From the IMG/VR virus record IMGVR_UViG_3300032007_000001: DNA of 64,000 nt, one strand, 5' to 3'. The notes beneath the pieces are model-generated. The model searched no databases. It saw only the letters and a list, made by a program, of their open reading frames with translations, and had not been told where the DNA came from. The DNA comes from a virus (lineage: Duplodnaviria > Caudoviricetes). Positions 1-10,166 of this stretch are shown here, in pieces (the stretch's first letter is position 1; each line of letters opens with the position of its first letter). The position numbers were made by a program, and so were the translations under genes.

Positions 1-33
1 TACTACTATTATTATTCGTGTAGTTGCGGTTAA
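1..33 (+). CDS. 3' end of upstream ORF ending ...YYYYYSCSCG* (partial, Cys-rich tail)
   Basis: Frame 1 reads tac tac tat tat tat tcg tgt agt tgc ggt taa; followed by GGAGG RBS of next gene. Confidence 0.55.
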   Translation, partial: YYYYYSCSCG

Positions 34-50
34 TTGGAGGTTAATATATA

Positions 51-398
51 ATGAGTTCTACAACAATTCCCATTAATACACATGGTGGTACATTATCGGC
101 GACGTCCAACAATAATTCTGTTGCTACAGCTTATACAAGCGGAAATGATGTTGTTATATCTGGCGCTGGTTCCGGTATTTGCACTGTAACAATAACAAGT
201 GGTGAAACATCAAATTATAAATCGGCATCAGCTGGTATTACTGTTAATTCTACAGCAACAAATTGTCAGTGTGATAAATCACAATGTAATTCTTATAAAC
301 AGGACAAAAAAAAATCAGCACCGAGCAATTGCGCACAACAATGTTATAATTGTTATAGTTGCAGTTGTAGTTGTAGCTGCGGTGGCGGCGGTGATTGA
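51..398 (+). CDS. Small Ser/Thr-rich Ig-like beta protein with Cys-rich C-terminal tail
   Basis: GGAGG RBS; SNNNSVATA...G.G.CTVTIT resembles Ig-like (Big) repeats; ends CAQQCYNCYSCSCSCSCGGGGD. Confidence 0.7.
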   Translation: MSSTTIPINTHGGTLSATSNNNSVATAYTSGNDVVISGAGSGICTVTITSGETSNYKSASAGITVNSTATNCQCDKSQCNSYKQDKKKSAPSNCAQQCYNCYSCSCSCSCGGGGD

Positions 399-431
399 TA
401 TCATTATGAATGAAATGGAGTATAACAACAT

Positions 432-1463
432 ATGAATAATTTAATTGGATTTAAGAATATTTCTTTATATTCATTAAATGGACTTCGTTCTGGGAAATCT
501 TTAGTTAGACGAAGAACTTTTGAGATGCTAAAATGTAAAGAATTCTATTATGATAGATTTAAGAAATTTAACAATGTTTTTTTTAGTGACAAAATAAATT
601 GGAAATATAATTTAGATGGGAAATGTAAGAAAACGTTTGAAGAAATATGCATAGATAGAGTAAACGAATTTTATAATAAATACGATAAAATCATATTATG
701 CGTATCTGGAGGTATTTCTTCAGTTACAATTTTAAGTGCATTTGCATTAGCAAATTGTTTAGATAAATTAATAGTTATTTTTGACCAAGATATTATTGAA
801 AATAAATCAATTTTAATTGATTGGTTCAAAAAAAATAATATTGAAATGGTTAATTGTAAAGAAGAAGATTTTATAGATAAAATAAAAAATATCTTAAAAA
901 TCTATCCGAATAGCGTTATTACTAATGGAAAATGTGGAGACCAAATAAGTCATGGTATCAGTTCTATTGACTTAAAACGCTTTGGACAATTTGACCCAAA
1001 TGTTGATTATAATTATTATTTTGAATTTTCAAGGTTTGATTTATTGAAAGAATGGATTGAAAAATATCCTTTTAAGGAAGATATAAAAACATTACATCAT
1101 TTGACTTGGTTAGTAAATTTTTCTGTTTGTTGGATGTATCAAGAAACAATATTTATGTTTTTATATAAGCAACTTCCTCCATCCATACATAAAGCATTTT
1201 TTGCAACGCAAGAATTTACCGATTGGGCAATTAATAATTTAGACATTATTTTAAGTGGAAAACCTTGGGAAGGCGACATATACTATAAACCACATTTTAA
1301 GGAAGTAATAAGAAAAGTTTTTGGTAATCAGTTCGATAGATGTAGCAAATTAGAATCATTGAATGTATTATGGAATTTAGATATGGAAAAAATTGCACAA
1401 AACGATAATATTTTTGCTACAGATGGTCAAAAATTTTATACGTTAGATTTTATTGAAAAATGA
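432..1463 (+). CDS. Adenine-nucleotide alpha-hydrolase (PP-loop / Asn-synthase-C-like) protein, paralog 1
   Basis: ILCVSGGISS degenerate PP-loop, ITNGKCGDQI motif; clear paralog of 2453..3634. Confidence 0.6.
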   Translation: MNNLIGFKNISLYSLNGLRSGKSLVRRRTFEMLKCKEFYYDRFKKFNNVFFSDKINWKYNLDGKCKKTFEEICIDRVNEFYNKYDKIILCVSGGISSVTILSAFALANCLDKLIVIFDQDIIENKSILIDWFKKNNIEMVNCKEEDFIDKIKNILKIYPNSVITNGKCGDQISHGISSIDLKRFGQFDPNVDYNYYFEFSRFDLLKEWIEKYPFKEDIKTLHHLTWLVNFSVCWMYQETIFMFLYKQLPPSIHKAFFATQEFTDWAINNLDIILSGKPWEGDIYYKPHFKEVIRKVFGNQFDRCSKLESLNVLWNLDMEKIAQNDNIFATDGQKFYTLDFIEK

Positions 1464-1479
1464 TAAGGAAGATTATAAC

Positions 1480-2442
1480 ATGAGTTTATTTTCTGTTCCA
1501 TATAATGGATATGACGTAGATACATTTTTATGTGAATTAAATAAAAGAATAGACCATATTAATGATGTATATTGCGAACTTCCTAAAATCCAATCTTGTA
1601 AAACGATGAGTTTGCAATCGTTAGATTTCTTAGATTATGAACAATATTCAAAAAATTGCGAAGAATTTCTCATAAAAACAATGAATACGGACCTCCAAAG
1701 ATATGTTACATTAAATGCAATAAACTACTATAAAAAATATGATGATTATCAATTAATGTATATGATAGATGTTATATGCAAAAAAATAGAAAAATATAAA
1801 ATACAAGGTATTATCGTTGCAAACCAAACGATAGCATCTTGTGTAAAAGATGCATTTCCAAATATAAAAATTTCTATTTCAACAAATGCAAATTTATATA
1901 CATTAAATGAAACTAGAAAATGGAAACTTATTGGTTCTGATTTTTTAACACCACCAAGAGATATGAATAGAAATATCAATTACTTAAAAATGATAAAAAA
2001 AGCTGGATTTAAGATTAGATTAATGTTAAACGAAGCTTGTTCTATGTTTTGTAATAATTATTCAATGTGCGGGAAAGCCAGAGGAAAAAGAGGATGTTTG
2101 GACCCAAGTCATTGGTTGCAAAGAACATATATTATTCCTCGTTGGTTAGATATTTTAGATGAATATGTTGATGTATATAAATATGCTGGAAGATTTTCAA
2201 GAACAGAACATATTTTTAAGTCTTTAGATTGTTATATTAGTAGAAAAGATTGTACACTAAAAGATTTATTTGACCAAAAAGGTACAAAATTATTTGGCGA
2301 TTTTAATACATCTGAAATTCCTGATAAACTCATATATTGTAATTGTGAGGAATGCGATACTTGTAATGTATGTTCTTCAATTTACGAAAAATATCCATAC
2401 TTAAATGATAAATCGCGTTCGCTTATAACATTAAATGAATAG
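1480..2442 (+). CDS. U32-family (peptidase U32 / Fe-S hydroxylase-like) protein
   Basis: ISISTNA, PPRDMNRN, LMLNEACSMFC, DVYKYAGR motifs; Cys-rich C-terminus; ATG 1480 follows AAGGA. Confidence 0.7.
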   Translation: MSLFSVPYNGYDVDTFLCELNKRIDHINDVYCELPKIQSCKTMSLQSLDFLDYEQYSKNCEEFLIKTMNTDLQRYVTLNAINYYKKYDDYQLMYMIDVICKKIEKYKIQGIIVANQTIASCVKDAFPNIKISISTNANLYTLNETRKWKLIGSDFLTPPRDMNRNINYLKMIKKAGFKIRLMLNEACSMFCNNYSMCGKARGKRGCLDPSHWLQRTYIIPRWLDILDEYVDVYKYAGRFSRTEHIFKSLDCYISRKDCTLKDLFDQKGTKLFGDFNTSEIPDKLIYCNCEECDTCNVCSSIYEKYPYLNDKSRSLITLNE

Positions 2443-2452
2443 AGATGATTTT

Positions 2453-3634
2453 ATGAATAATCTTATTGGATTTAATAATATGTCATTATATCCAAATTTT
2501 GGATTTCTTTATAAAGATAGTCGTAGCACATTGTCAGATTATATGGGGTTAATATCAATTTTTAAGTGGTTTTTAATTCCAGACGGTTCATATGATAGAT
2601 TTCATAACATACCAACGTTGTTTGATGATAAAATCAATTGGCGATATAATTTGGATGGGAAATGCAAAAAGACATTTGAAGAAATATGCATTGACAGAGC
2701 AAAAGAAATATATGATTCGCATGACAAGATTTTTTTAGGATTTACAGGTGGAATTACGTCTTTAACATTATTAAGTACATTTGTATTAAATAATCAATTG
2801 GATAAATTGATTATTTTATATGATGAAAATATTGAAAATAAAGAAATATTATTTGATTTTTTCAAAAAAAATAATATTAAAAATTATCTTTTTGGATATA
2901 AGGATAATATGAAATCATATTCAGATACAATAAAAGAACATGTATCAGAAAATGAAAAATTTTGCATAATAAATGGGTTGTGTGCTGATTATTTTGAATT
3001 CGGAAAATGTACAGCCTTATATACAAGACAAAATGTTGATGATATTATTGATGAATATAATAATACAATATTTAGCCCATATGAAAATTTTTTCAAAGAA
3101 AAAAAATATTCGCAATTAAATATTGTCAATGAATGGGTCTCAAAATTTCCATTTGGTGATAAAATAAAAAGTATAAGAGATTTGGCCTGGTTGTTTTCAT
3201 TTTCTGTATTATGGACACATTTGGAAACAAAGCATATGTTTACATATGATAAATTTATGCCGTACGTACATAAGCCATTTTTCTGTACTCAAGAATTTAC
3301 AGATTGGGCAATTAATAATTTAGATGAAATTTTAGAAAACAATTATATATGGACGAGAGATGGCAAAAATTATAAATTAAAATTCAAAAAAATTATTTCA
3401 AAAGTATTTGATGATAAATTTGACAATCTTCAAAAAGAAAATAGTTCCTTATATATAAGGAGCAGAAGAAGAGACAGATATATAAAAGATAAAGTAGAAA
3501 GAGATTTTAATGCCCATGATGCAAAAAAATATAAAGATATTCAAACTTTTTTATATTATGGTGATGAATATATATATAAAAATTTTGCAACTGATGGAAA
3601 AAGGTTTTACGGTCTTGACTTTATAGAAAAATAA
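2453..3634 (+). CDS. PP-loop / Asn-synthase-C-like protein, paralog 2
   Basis: Shares MNNLIGF, NLDGKCKKTFEEICIDR, TQEFTDWAINNLD and ATDG..FY.LDFIEK with 432..1463. Confidence 0.6.
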   Translation: MNNLIGFNNMSLYPNFGFLYKDSRSTLSDYMGLISIFKWFLIPDGSYDRFHNIPTLFDDKINWRYNLDGKCKKTFEEICIDRAKEIYDSHDKIFLGFTGGITSLTLLSTFVLNNQLDKLIILYDENIENKEILFDFFKKNNIKNYLFGYKDNMKSYSDTIKEHVSENEKFCIINGLCADYFEFGKCTALYTRQNVDDIIDEYNNTIFSPYENFFKEKKYSQLNIVNEWVSKFPFGDKIKSIRDLAWLFSFSVLWTHLETKHMFTYDKFMPYVHKPFFCTQEFTDWAINNLDEILENNYIWTRDGKNYKLKFKKIISKVFDDKFDNLQKENSSLYIRSRRRDRYIKDKVERDFNAHDAKKYKDIQTFLYYGDEYIYKNFATDGKRFYGLDFIEK

Positions 3635-3682
3635 AAAATAAATGCATAGATTGTTATCTATGCATTTTAATTAAGGTGAAAA

Positions 3683-4675
3683 ATGTATTATTGTGATTCT
3701 TTGAATAATAGCGAATTTAATATAACTGGAAATATAAATAACATTTTCATTAAATTATGTGTTGCTGGTATAAAAAATCCGCCAGTTGTAAAATTAAATG
3801 TCAATCCACAAAAAACATTTGATGATTTTTTTAACTTAAAAAATAAATGTATAGAAAAATTTATTTTTCATAAAAATAATGACTTAAAAAATTTTTCTTG
3901 CATAGATTGCTATAGAAAAACAGAACGTGACAATCTTATAAATTTAGACAACAATATAAAACATATAAACATTAATATACATAGTTCTCCGTGCCAATGT
4001 AAATGTATATATTGTCAAAATGTCTATAATTTTAACGACAATGAAGAAACTAAAAAATGGTATAATGTTTTTTTTGAAACTATGTTATATGGAATTAAAA
4101 AACAATATATCTCGAAAGATTGTATGTGGAGACTAGATGCTGGAGAAATAACAATTCATCCATATAAAAAAGAATTTTTTAATTTATTAAAAGATTTTAA
4201 GACAAGATATTACACTAACGGATTTATATTTGATAATGATATTGCAAATGCATTGAAAAACATTAATAATGAATTAAGTATTTCCATTGATTGTGGTACA
4301 TCTCTTTCTTGGGAAAAAATAAAAGGATTTAATAATTTTGATAATGTAAAAAAACACATAAGCAAATATATACAACATTGCATAAATACACAACAAATAC
4401 ATATAAAATATATAGTACTGCCAGAATATAACAATAATTTGGATGATTATATTGGGATTATTAATTTCTTAAAAGAAAACAATATTAAAGAATTACAAAT
4501 AGCAAGAGATATACATTTAAGATATACTAAAGATATTAAATATAAAAATTCATTATTAACATCAGTTTCACAATTAAGTAAAATATGCAAATCTAGCAAT
4601 ATATACCCAGATATTATGAATAAATTCTTTTCGAAAGAAGAAAAAGATTATATAAAAATAAAAGAGCTTAATTAA
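3683..4675 (+). CDS. Radical SAM protein
   Basis: CQCKCIYC (CxxxCxxC), AGEITIHP, YTNG, ISIDCG motifs. Confidence 0.85.
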   Translation: MYYCDSLNNSEFNITGNINNIFIKLCVAGIKNPPVVKLNVNPQKTFDDFFNLKNKCIEKFIFHKNNDLKNFSCIDCYRKTERDNLINLDNNIKHININIHSSPCQCKCIYCQNVYNFNDNEETKKWYNVFFETMLYGIKKQYISKDCMWRLDAGEITIHPYKKEFFNLLKDFKTRYYTNGFIFDNDIANALKNINNELSISIDCGTSLSWEKIKGFNNFDNVKKHISKYIQHCINTQQIHIKYIVLPEYNNNLDDYIGIINFLKENNIKELQIARDIHLRYTKDIKYKNSLLTSVSQLSKICKSSNIYPDIMNKFFSKEEKDYIKIKELN

Positions 4676-4683
4676 GCTCTTTT

Positions 4684-4974
4684 TTATAGTCCTTTTCTTC
4701 TTTTTATTTGTTCTTTTTCATATATGTCATATAATTGTTTCAATAAATCTAATTTTTTTGCTTTTATTTTATTGTCTTCTGCTACTCTTTCTACATAACA
4801 CGGTGAACCATGATAAGATATATCTTCCTTGAAGCAAACTTTATCATCTTTTACATATAAAATATTTATATCGCTTCTTTCACCAAACTCATTGTGAAAG
4901 ATATGTTCTATCATTTCCAATTCTGACATTTGGATTTCTATATTTTTAATTATAGCATTTGTTGTTATATACAT
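4684..4974 (-). CDS. Small hypothetical protein, C-terminal GL family
   Basis: GGAGG RBS; ends KRRKGL*. Confidence 0.65.
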   Translation of the reverse strand: MYITTNAIIKNIEIQMSELEMIEHIFHNEFGERSDINILYVKDDKVCFKEDISYHGSPCYVERVAEDNKIKAKKLDLLKQLYDIYEKEQIKRRKGL

Positions 4975-5070
4975 AACATTTATCCTCCAGCCGTATCTCA
5001 GAATTCACAGTGTGTTCAAGAACAAAACAAATAAATAAAAGAGAGGTAATCCTCTCTATTTTTAATTTAT

Positions 5071-5145
5071 TGGCAGGAACTGCCCGAATCGAACAGGCGT
5101 CCACGAATTTGGAGTTCGTGATGCTAGCCACTACACCAAGTTCCT
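5071..5145 (-). tRNA. tRNA-Trp(CCA)
   Basis: Cloverleaf; anticodon arm ACGAA-CT CCA AA-TTCGT; encoded CCA end. Confidence 0.92.
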
Positions 5146-5151
5146 ATAAAA

Positions 5152-5227
5152 TGGAGCTGGCGATAGGACTCGGACCTACAACCTGCGGTTTACAAAACCG
5201 CTGCTCTGCCAATTGAGCTACGCCAGC
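5152..5227 (-). tRNA. tRNA-Thr(TGT)
   Basis: GCGGT-TT TGT AA-ACCGC; CCA end; T-loop TCCGAGT variant. Confidence 0.92.
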
Positions 5228-5232
5228 ATAAA

Positions 5233-5306
5233 TGGAGCGAATGATGGGAATCGAACCCACGTAATCAGCTTGGAAGGCTGAAATTCTACCATTGAATTAC
5301 ATCCGC
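5233..5306 (-). tRNA. tRNA-Gly(TCC)
   Basis: TCAGC-CT TCC AA-GCTGA; TCCA end. Confidence 0.93.
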
Positions 5307-5478
5307 ATTATTTTTTATGAAATCAAATTTTACAAATTAAATAAAACAATAATTGCAATAAATATGACTGGAATAAATGCACGAGAACGCATTCTTATTG
5401 TTTGCATTTTGTTCTTTAATTGCATTGTTTCTTTCTTAAATTCTGTGTTTTTATAAGTTTTCATTATTTATCTTCCTT

Positions 5479-5889
5479 TCAATTAAGAATTTTTAGTGCT
5501 TTTTCAATATCTTCTTTTTGCAATCCTTTGTTAGAATCAGTAAGTACAAGATTCGTTTCTGTCAATTCATCCATATCCTTATCGTCATCAATGATTACAA
5601 AAGATTCAATATCTTTATCTTTCATCCAGTCTTTTATTTCTGAACCGCGAGTTCCAGGAAGACTTCTTGTAGCACCTATAACTTCAGTATTAATTAATTT
5701 CATTTTGTTTTCTACTAATTTTCTTAATGAAGGAATTCCTCGCCAAGAAGAAGACAAAACAATTTTTGCATTTGTCTTTTTCACTAATTCTCCTAAAAGG
5801 TCCAAGTGACTTTGTGTTTCAAGAGTTTGTGAAAATTTATCATTTATAGAATTTAATACTCCGTCTATATCCAAAAATATGACTTTCAT
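5479..5889 (-). CDS. HAD-family phosphatase, RNA-repair (Swiss Army Knife HAD_SAK_2)-like
   Basis: FLDIDGVLN, IVLSSSWR, RGSEIKDW, FVIIDDD motifs; inserted within tRNA cluster. Confidence 0.85.
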   Translation of the reverse strand: MKVIFLDIDGVLNSINDKFSQTLETQSHLDLLGELVKKTNAKIVLSSSWRGIPSLRKLVENKMKLINTEVIGATRSLPGTRGSEIKDWMKDKDIESFVIIDDDKDMDELTETNLVLTDSNKGLQKEDIEKALKILN

Positions 5890-5907
5890 ATCTTTTCCTT
5901 TCTTAAA

Positions 5908-5996
5908 TGGCGGAGTGGGTGGGATTTGAACCCACGCAGGATTTCTCCTCTAACGATTTAGCAAACCGTCCTCTTCAACCACTTGAGTACCACTCC
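5908..5996 (-). tRNA. tRNA-Ser(GCT)
   Basis: ACGGT-TT GCT AA-ATCGT; long variable arm; GCCA end. Confidence 0.92.
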
Positions 5997-6002
5997 ATGT
6001 TA

Positions 6003-6078
6003 TGGTGGAGACAAGGGGAATCGAACCCCTGACCTCTTGCTTGCAAGGCAAGTGCTCTCCCAGTTGAGCTATGTCCCC
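6003..6078 (-). tRNA. tRNA-Ala(TGC)
   Basis: GGGGACA acceptor with G3:U70; CTTGC-CT TGC AA-GCAAG. Confidence 0.95.
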
Positions 6079-6082
6079 ATTA

Positions 6083-6173
6083 TGGCGGATGGGGAGGGAT
6101 TCGAACCCCCGCGCGCTTTGCGACGCCTATCGGTTTTCAGGACCGAACTCTTCAGCCACTTGAGTACCCATCC
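6083..6173 (-). tRNA. tRNA-Ser(TGA)
   Basis: TCGGT-CC TGA AA-ACCGA (C33 instead of U33); long variable arm; GCCA end. Confidence 0.88.
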
Positions 6174-6178
6174 ATATA

Positions 6179-6255
<77 letters not shown>

Positions 6256-6445
6256 ATATTTAATCTATCTTTTTTAGATGTTTCTATGATTTCTTTAAGT
6301 TTTTCTTCTGTCTTTTTTTTTGAAAAGATTCATCTATCTCTTTTTGCATTTGCAATTGTTCTTTTGTTCCTGTCCAATTTGGAACTGCAAATGACATGAT
6401 ATCACCTTTTTGTTATGTAATTACTATATATTGAAATTTTAAGAT

Positions 6446-6474
6446 ATTATAACATATTTTTGAGAAAATGTAAA
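6446..6474 (-). promoter_or_regulatory. sigmaA-type promoter upstream of tRNA cluster 1
   Basis: TTTACA-N17-TATAAT with TG extension. Confidence 0.75.
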
Positions 6475-6482
6475 CAACTTTT

Positions 6483-6746
6483 TTACAAACCAAATTCAAA
6501 AATAAATTTATTTTTCAAAGTAAGATTTTCATTAAAAATAAATTTATCTAAAATTTTCAAAATTGGAATTACTTTATCTTTTTTTCTTAAATAGGAAAAC
6601 ACTTCGTCCAAAAACGAAATATCCAACGTATGTTTTCTAACAATTCTAACGCAATCTTTTACAGAAACAATTTTTAGAAAATATAAAATTGTATCAGATA
6701 AAATTAATTCGTTATGCATATCAATCATCAAATAAAAGAATCGCAA
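6483..6746 (-). CDS. C-terminal GL family protein
   Basis: Ends NKFIFEFGL*; paralog of 6835..7119. Confidence 0.7.
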   Translation of the reverse strand: MRFFYLMIDMHNELILSDTILYFLKIVSVKDCVRIVRKHTLDISFLDEVFSYLRKKDKVIPILKILDKFIFNENLTLKNKFIFEFGL

Positions 6747-6834
6747 TAAGCAATACTAACCATGCATCAAACGAAATAACCTGAAATATCAACAATAATG
6801 TAATTGTAAATATTAACATATATATTTACTCCAT

Positions 6835-7119
6835 TCATAATCCAAATTCAAAAACGAAATGATTCTGAAGTTCGATATTTTTCTTATTAAATAAATTATA
6901 GAAAAAAGTAATAATTTTATGTTTTCTCTTTTCAATTATATATTGATAAATTTCATCCATCAATGACCATTTGGTAGTAAACTCCAAAATGGAAAAATTG
7001 TTAATATAAAAAATAATTGTATTTGATGGTTCTTCATTGTGACACAACAAATATTGCATCATATGATGATTATTTTCAGAAAATTGTCTCATTATATAAC
7101 CACTCATGCAAAACACCAA
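6835..7119 (-). CDS. C-terminal GL family protein
   Basis: Ends NHFVFEFGL*. Confidence 0.7.
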   Translation of the reverse strand: MVFCMSGYIMRQFSENNHHMMQYLLCHNEEPSNTIIFYINNFSILEFTTKWSLMDEIYQYIIEKRKHKIITFFYNLFNKKNIELQNHFVFEFGL

Positions 7120-7269
7120 TTTTCAAAATTATATTGCTATTTGATTTTAATATAAAGAAACATTTAAGTAAATAAAAAATTGTTTTTCAATACTTTGATT
7201 TACAAAAAAATATGTCCAATTCAAGCATCATGTTATATAATAAGGAAAATTTTTGAGGAGGCATATAAG

Positions 7270-7929
7270 ATGCGATATTCAAAAGGAGATTTAGTTTGGA
7301 TTAAGCAAGAAAAGAAGCTTGTAAATGAAATCAATGAAAACAAAATTGATGGTAATTATTTTGGAGACCATTTTATTGTAAAAGGCTATCCTTTTAAGTC
7401 ATGTTATTGCAATACAATGATGTGCATTGAACAAATTAACGTTAATATGAAGCATCAGTGTTTTATTACGTTGGTTGATCGTGATGATAGCGGAATCAAA
7501 ATTGAAGTTCCTGTAGAAGTACTTGAAGACCATACGCCATATAATACGATTACTCTGCTTTGCTATGCATTGGATGTAAAACGTTATGATGTGTTTGGTC
7601 TTAATAATGTGCCAGACAAATACGAGAAAACATTGTTTAGATTTACAGAAGATAGCGTCGAAATGATATTTGATGATGAAAATGAATGGAGACAATGTGA
7701 CCTTGGCATTAATTATTTCTTATATGGTGGAGATGTCGTAAAAGAAGAATTCCCAGAAGACCATACGATGTTTTATGTTCCGTCAGTTTCTGGTGACCCA
7801 GATACATTTATTTATGAAAGAAAGAAAAACCACGACAAATACGAAGAATTGAAAGCAATGGATTGCTTATTTGAAAATAAAGATGATGCTATAAAAAGAG
7901 CAAGTGAAATTAGAGAATTGCTTCTTTGA
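7270..7929 (+). CDS. Hypothetical phage protein
   Basis: GAGGAGG RBS before ATG 7270 (MRYSKGDLVWIK). Confidence 0.7.
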   Translation: MRYSKGDLVWIKQEKKLVNEINENKIDGNYFGDHFIVKGYPFKSCYCNTMMCIEQINVNMKHQCFITLVDRDDSGIKIEVPVEVLEDHTPYNTITLLCYALDVKRYDVFGLNNVPDKYEKTLFRFTEDSVEMIFDDENEWRQCDLGINYFLYGGDVVKEEFPEDHTMFYVPSVSGDPDTFIYERKKNHDKYEELKAMDCLFENKDDAIKRASEIRELLL

Positions 7930-7945
7930 TACTGGAGGATATTAT

Positions 7946-8263
7946 ATGCCAGCAACAAATGCTAATCTTTTGGATTCATTAAATCAAGATTATGGAAGAA
8001 TTCATTATCTTGCAGAAGATTACATTAAAAAAATAGACAACTTATACGAACGAGGAAAATACAAAATTTATGGAAATACTTTTGCGTTTACATGCAATGC
8101 TCTTCATGAAGACAGTTGCGAAAAGATAGCAGATGAGATAAAAAACATAAGGGGTTATGCAAATGTCGAAATAAAAATTGTATCTGATGGTGGATATGAA
8201 GAACTTGAATGCAAATGTGATTTTATAGCATCAATATTTATTGAACCAAAATTAATAAAATAA
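7946..8263 (+). CDS. Hypothetical protein
   Basis: GGAGG RBS, MPATNAN start. Confidence 0.65.
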   Translation: MPATNANLLDSLNQDYGRIHYLAEDYIKKIDNLYERGKYKIYGNTFAFTCNALHEDSCEKIADEIKNIRGYANVEIKIVSDGGYEELECKCDFIASIFIEPKLIK

Positions 8264-8297
8264 TATATATTTTTCTATAAATGAAAGGAGAATTATC

Positions 8298-8519
8298 ATG
8301 TTAGCTGAAGTTAGGAGAAAGAAGAACGGGAAGACTATTTTCGAGTATAAACACAAGGATTATGAAACCTTGAAGGCTATTCTGCATGAGTATCTTCAAA
8401 ATCATGGTTATATTGTAGATGAGTGCAATTATGACGTTTATAAAATCGATGGCGGAGAATTTTTTGCATATATCTACGATGATATAGAAACAGAAGATTC
8501 GGAAGCAAAGGAAGAATAA
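8298..8519 (+). CDS. Hypothetical protein
   Basis: AAAGGAG RBS. Confidence 0.65.
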   Translation: MLAEVRRKKNGKTIFEYKHKDYETLKAILHEYLQNHGYIVDECNYDVYKIDGGEFFAYIYDDIETEDSEAKEE

Positions 8520-8719
8520 ATATGAATAAACACGAAGGAATGAAATTGTATCATTTCGTTGCCAGACTTCTGTTTACGAAAAAGTTAATAGAAGAAGGTA
8601 AGGGTGACATAGAATCCTTAAAAATCAAGAAACAAAAAAATCTAGAATATTTGTATGATATGCTTGATGAAAGTGTTTACAAAAAATTAATTAAAGCAAA
8701 CGTATGAGGAGTTGAAAAT

Positions 8720-9091
8720 GTGAGAGAAAAATACACAGATGATGATTTGAAAATTAAAATGCGTTGCGTGGAGAACATAAATCATTTTTATAATGAAATC
8801 ACATATTTTGTATATTTTACAATTTCTCTCACAAATGATAAAAGCAAAAAAATAAGTGGGATTATAGATTTCCATAATCTTATTTATAATTGTTGCGGCC
8901 ATTATGGACCATATAAGCTATATATAGAAAGAAATATTGATAATAGTTTGAATTCATTTTTACTCGGTTCTGCTAAAGCTAAAGATTTTGATTTTGTTAC
9001 ATACTTAAAAAACAATTATAATGAAAAAATAAAAGATGTCATCTCTTGTTTCATTATAAATAAAGTTTCAAAAATAATGTTTGGATTTTGA
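8720..9091 (+). CDS. C-terminal GL family protein
   Basis: GAGGAG RBS; ends KIMFGF*. Confidence 0.7.
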   Translation: MREKYTDDDLKIKMRCVENINHFYNEITYFVYFTISLTNDKSKKISGIIDFHNLIYNCCGHYGPYKLYIERNIDNSLNSFLLGSAKAKDFDFVTYLKNNYNEKIKDVISCFIINKVSKIMFGF

Positions 9092-9118
9092 AAGTGCACA
9101 AAAGGTGCACTTTTTTTA

Positions 9119-9147
9119 TTTACATTTTTTCTTTTTTATGGTATAAT
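9119..9147 (+). promoter_or_regulatory. sigmaA-type promoter of GL-family array
   Basis: TTTACA-N17-TATAAT with TGG extension, immediately after a terminator hairpin. Confidence 0.8.
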
Positions 9148-9175
9148 TTACAATAAAAAAAGGAAAAAATAATGA

Positions 9176-9505
9176 ATGCAAATTCAATTTAATGGTATTA
9201 CTGGAGAATTGAATATAGAAAGAGAACCAAGTCCATTTGCAAGAAATCATCTCAAACTTTCTTATGAATTTAGAAATAAATCGGAACAAATAAAAAATTG
9301 GTTTTATTTGGACCGCATGAAAGAATACATTTTTGGAAAAGAAAATTTCATTAGTAATTTTATGATATCGTTATTTGTAATAAAGAATCTACATGAAGAT
9401 AAAAAATTATATCGTGATTTAACTCAAAATAAAAGATTTGAATTATGTCAAGAATTACATAGATATTTCAAAACATATTTAGCTTTGGTGTATGTGGGGC
9501 TTTAA
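9176..9505 (+). CDS. C-terminal GL family protein
   Basis: Ends YLALVYVGL*; tandem paralog of 9508. Confidence 0.72.
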   Translation: MQIQFNGITGELNIEREPSPFARNHLKLSYEFRNKSEQIKNWFYLDRMKEYIFGKENFISNFMISLFVIKNLHEDKKLYRDLTQNKRFELCQELHRYFKTYLALVYVGL

Positions 9506-9507
9506 TT

Positions 9508-9846
9508 ATGGATATAAGATTTGAAGATATTACGTTAAAATTGAATATAAAAAAAGAAACTAGTCGTTTTGCTAGAGGACAAAATAGATTGGATTGGGAA
9601 ATGAAAAACGACCGTGGTGAAGAATTGAAAAGTTATTTTTACTTAAAAGACATAAGAAAATATTTGTTTGGTTATAGCGAAAGTTTTAGAAGCGATTTTG
9701 AAAGGTCTTTTTATGGGATTATAAATGATTCAAATAGAAACATGCAATTATATAAAGACATAATTTGGAATAAAAGAGATAAGTTTTATGATGCTATAGG
9801 CAATTATTTTATCGAATATCTTGCATTAAGGTCGATTGGGTTTTGA
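9508..9846 (+). CDS. C-terminal GL family protein
   Basis: Ends YLALRSIGF*. Confidence 0.72.
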   Translation: MDIRFEDITLKLNIKKETSRFARGQNRLDWEMKNDRGEELKSYFYLKDIRKYLFGYSESFRSDFERSFYGIINDSNRNMQLYKDIIWNKRDKFYDAIGNYFIEYLALRSIGF

Positions 9847-9847
9847 T

Positions 9848-10165
9848 ATGCAATTTAGAAAAAATATAAAAAATTTCCTAAATATGTTGGTTATTTCATA
9901 CAAAATGTACGATGATAAAAATAATTTGAAATATGTTGGAAACGTAATTGAACGAAAAGACATGTGTTATGAAAATATTACTATTGGAATAATGCATGAA
10001 AATACATTTAACAACTGTGTTAGGGAATTTGAAATGATTAAAAAAGATATAGTTCCAACTGCAAAAAGTTTATCAAAAGGAACGAATATATCTTTAAGTC
10101 ATGCGATTGAGTTTATTCAATTTTTATTGAAAGATGATTTGTTTATAAAAACAAGAGGATTGTAA
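9848..10165 (+). CDS. C-terminal GL family protein
   Basis: Ends IKTRGL*. Confidence 0.68.
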   Translation: MQFRKNIKNFLNMLVISYKMYDDKNNLKYVGNVIERKDMCYENITIGIMHENTFNNCVREFEMIKKDIVPTAKSLSKGTNISLSHAIEFIQFLLKDDLFIKTRGL

Positions 10166-10166
10166 A

